NCBI GenBank assembly: GCA_035250975.1
Contig: DATFEP010000012.1
Span: 19,870-83,869 of the forward strand
Origin: Nitrososphaeraceae archaeon
GTDB taxonomy: Archaea > Thermoproteota > Nitrososphaeria > Nitrososphaerales > Nitrososphaeraceae
DNA: 64,000 nt
Direction: 5' to 3'
In this document: positions 62,535 to 64,000 of the stretch, in pieces
Numbering within the stretch: the first letter of the stretch is position 1
Layout of the letters: every line of letters starts with the position of its first letter
Translations under genes and position numbers: made by a program
The notes under the pieces: model-generated
Seen by the model: only the letters and a program-made list of their open reading frames with translations
Told to the model about the DNA's origin: nothing
Database searches by the model: none

Positions 62535-63503
62535 TTGATATCACATCAATTGAATATGCTAGACTCCCTAGAGAATTTATTTATCCCGCCGGAAAAGACC
62601 TCGGCAGAATACAGTTTTATGGATGCACCAATCAGAATTTCCTTTCATGATGCAAACGCAATACTATATGGAATTCCGTTAGATATAACAACCAGTTTCG
62701 GGAAGGGAACTAGATTTGGTCCAAATTCAATTCGAAGAACATCCGCTAAACAAATTGAATCATTCATTATGGACAAGAATATAGAAATTTATGAAAAAAT
62801 AAAAATTTTTGATATAGGCGATTTAATTTTACCTAATAGAAAAACAAAGGAGAAAGAGTTAGAAGACGTATTTAAGAAGATTTCTTCAGACATTCACAAA
62901 ATAAATTCATTTATTAGAAAAGAGAGTAAAATTCCCATTATATTAGGTGGAGAACATACCATTTCTTATTTTAGTATCAAATCCATAGCAAATGAAGATC
63001 CTATCATATTACATTTTGACGCCCACAGAGACATGAAACCAAGTTACGAAGGCATGAAACTTTGTCATACGACCCCATTTTACCATCTAATTAATGATGG
63101 TTTTATTAAAGGATCGAATTTAATTCAGATTGGAATAAGACAAACAGATAAAGAAGAAAACGATATAGCTAAAAGGAGTGGGGTAATAACATTTGATGCG
63201 TGGCAAATTCATAAGGAAATGAAATCTATTCAAGCACAAATCAAAAAAATTACTAAAGGTAAAAAGATATACATTTCATTTGATATCGACGTATATGACA
63301 TATGCTATGTACCTTGTACCGGAACACCGGAACCATTTGGTTTAAATCCATTCCAGATATTGGAAATCATAAATTCGATAAACAAGTCCTCAAAATTGAT
63401 AGGATTGGATATTGTAGAAGTTGCAATGAAAAATGGTGATTATAGGGAAGGAACATTGGCAACGCAGACGATTTATAGGATCCTTTCTAAACTCTGGAAT
63501 TAG
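62535..63503 (+). CDS. speB: agmatinase (ureohydrolase family)
   Basis: GT.FGP, GGEHT, HFDAHRD, SFDIDVYD, TGTPEP.G, DIVE. Confidence 0.85.
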   Translation: MISHQLNMLDSLENLFIPPEKTSAEYSFMDAPIRISFHDANAILYGIPLDITTSFGKGTRFGPNSIRRTSAKQIESFIMDKNIEIYEKIKIFDIGDLILPNRKTKEKELEDVFKKISSDIHKINSFIRKESKIPIILGGEHTISYFSIKSIANEDPIILHFDAHRDMKPSYEGMKLCHTTPFYHLINDGFIKGSNLIQIGIRQTDKEENDIAKRSGVITFDAWQIHKEMKSIQAQIKKITKGKKIYISFDIDVYDICYVPCTGTPEPFGLNPFQILEIINSINKSSKLIGLDIVEVAMKNGDYREGTLATQTIYRILSKLWN

Positions 63504-63611
63504 CAAATCGATTTAAGAAATTAATGGAAAAAAATTCGTCAAACATAGGATCAAATCAAAAAGTCACAAAACCTGACCTTTACGTACACTAACCAGAAAA
63601 ATTTCAAATTA

Positions 63612-64000
<389 letters not shown>

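Noticed and set aside
62535-63503. Possible guanidinase (alternative ammonia source for nitrifiers)
   Set aside because: Has DAHRD and TGTPE as in agmatinases, not the DRH and GTGWPE motifs I associate with guanidine hydrolases; no Ni-loading or transporter genes adjacent

Overview
AT-rich (roughly 30% GC by eye) chromosomal segment of an ammonia-oxidising archaeon (Nitrososphaerota, most likely Nitrososphaeraceae / Nitrosocosmicus-like). The assignment rests on the beta-alpha ADP-forming 3-hydroxypropionyl-CoA synthetase of the thaumarchaeal HP/HB cycle, TBP, EF-1alpha, PolB1, Gins51, archaeal DnaG, eukaryote-like r-proteins, an unlinked 5S rRNA gene and the 3' end of a 23S rRNA gene. Most of the window is housekeeping: translation, tRNA modification, flavin and cobamide synthesis, gdhA/glnA/glmS, the non-oxidative pentose phosphate operon, Tat and SOD. 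The main unexplained module is a four-gene cluster of two different AAA+/vWA pairs (17.6-24.0 kb) with no recognisable client. Other oddities are an HTH regulator fused to an S-layer-C-like domain facing glmS across palindromic sites, winged-helix extensions on both flavin-activating enzymes, a transketolase-N/Rpe fusion, a degenerate LarA-like protein, several Zn-finger microproteins (two missed by the ORF track), a missed rpl39e, and a decayed IS6 element. All calls come from motif recognition and recall; no database searches were run.
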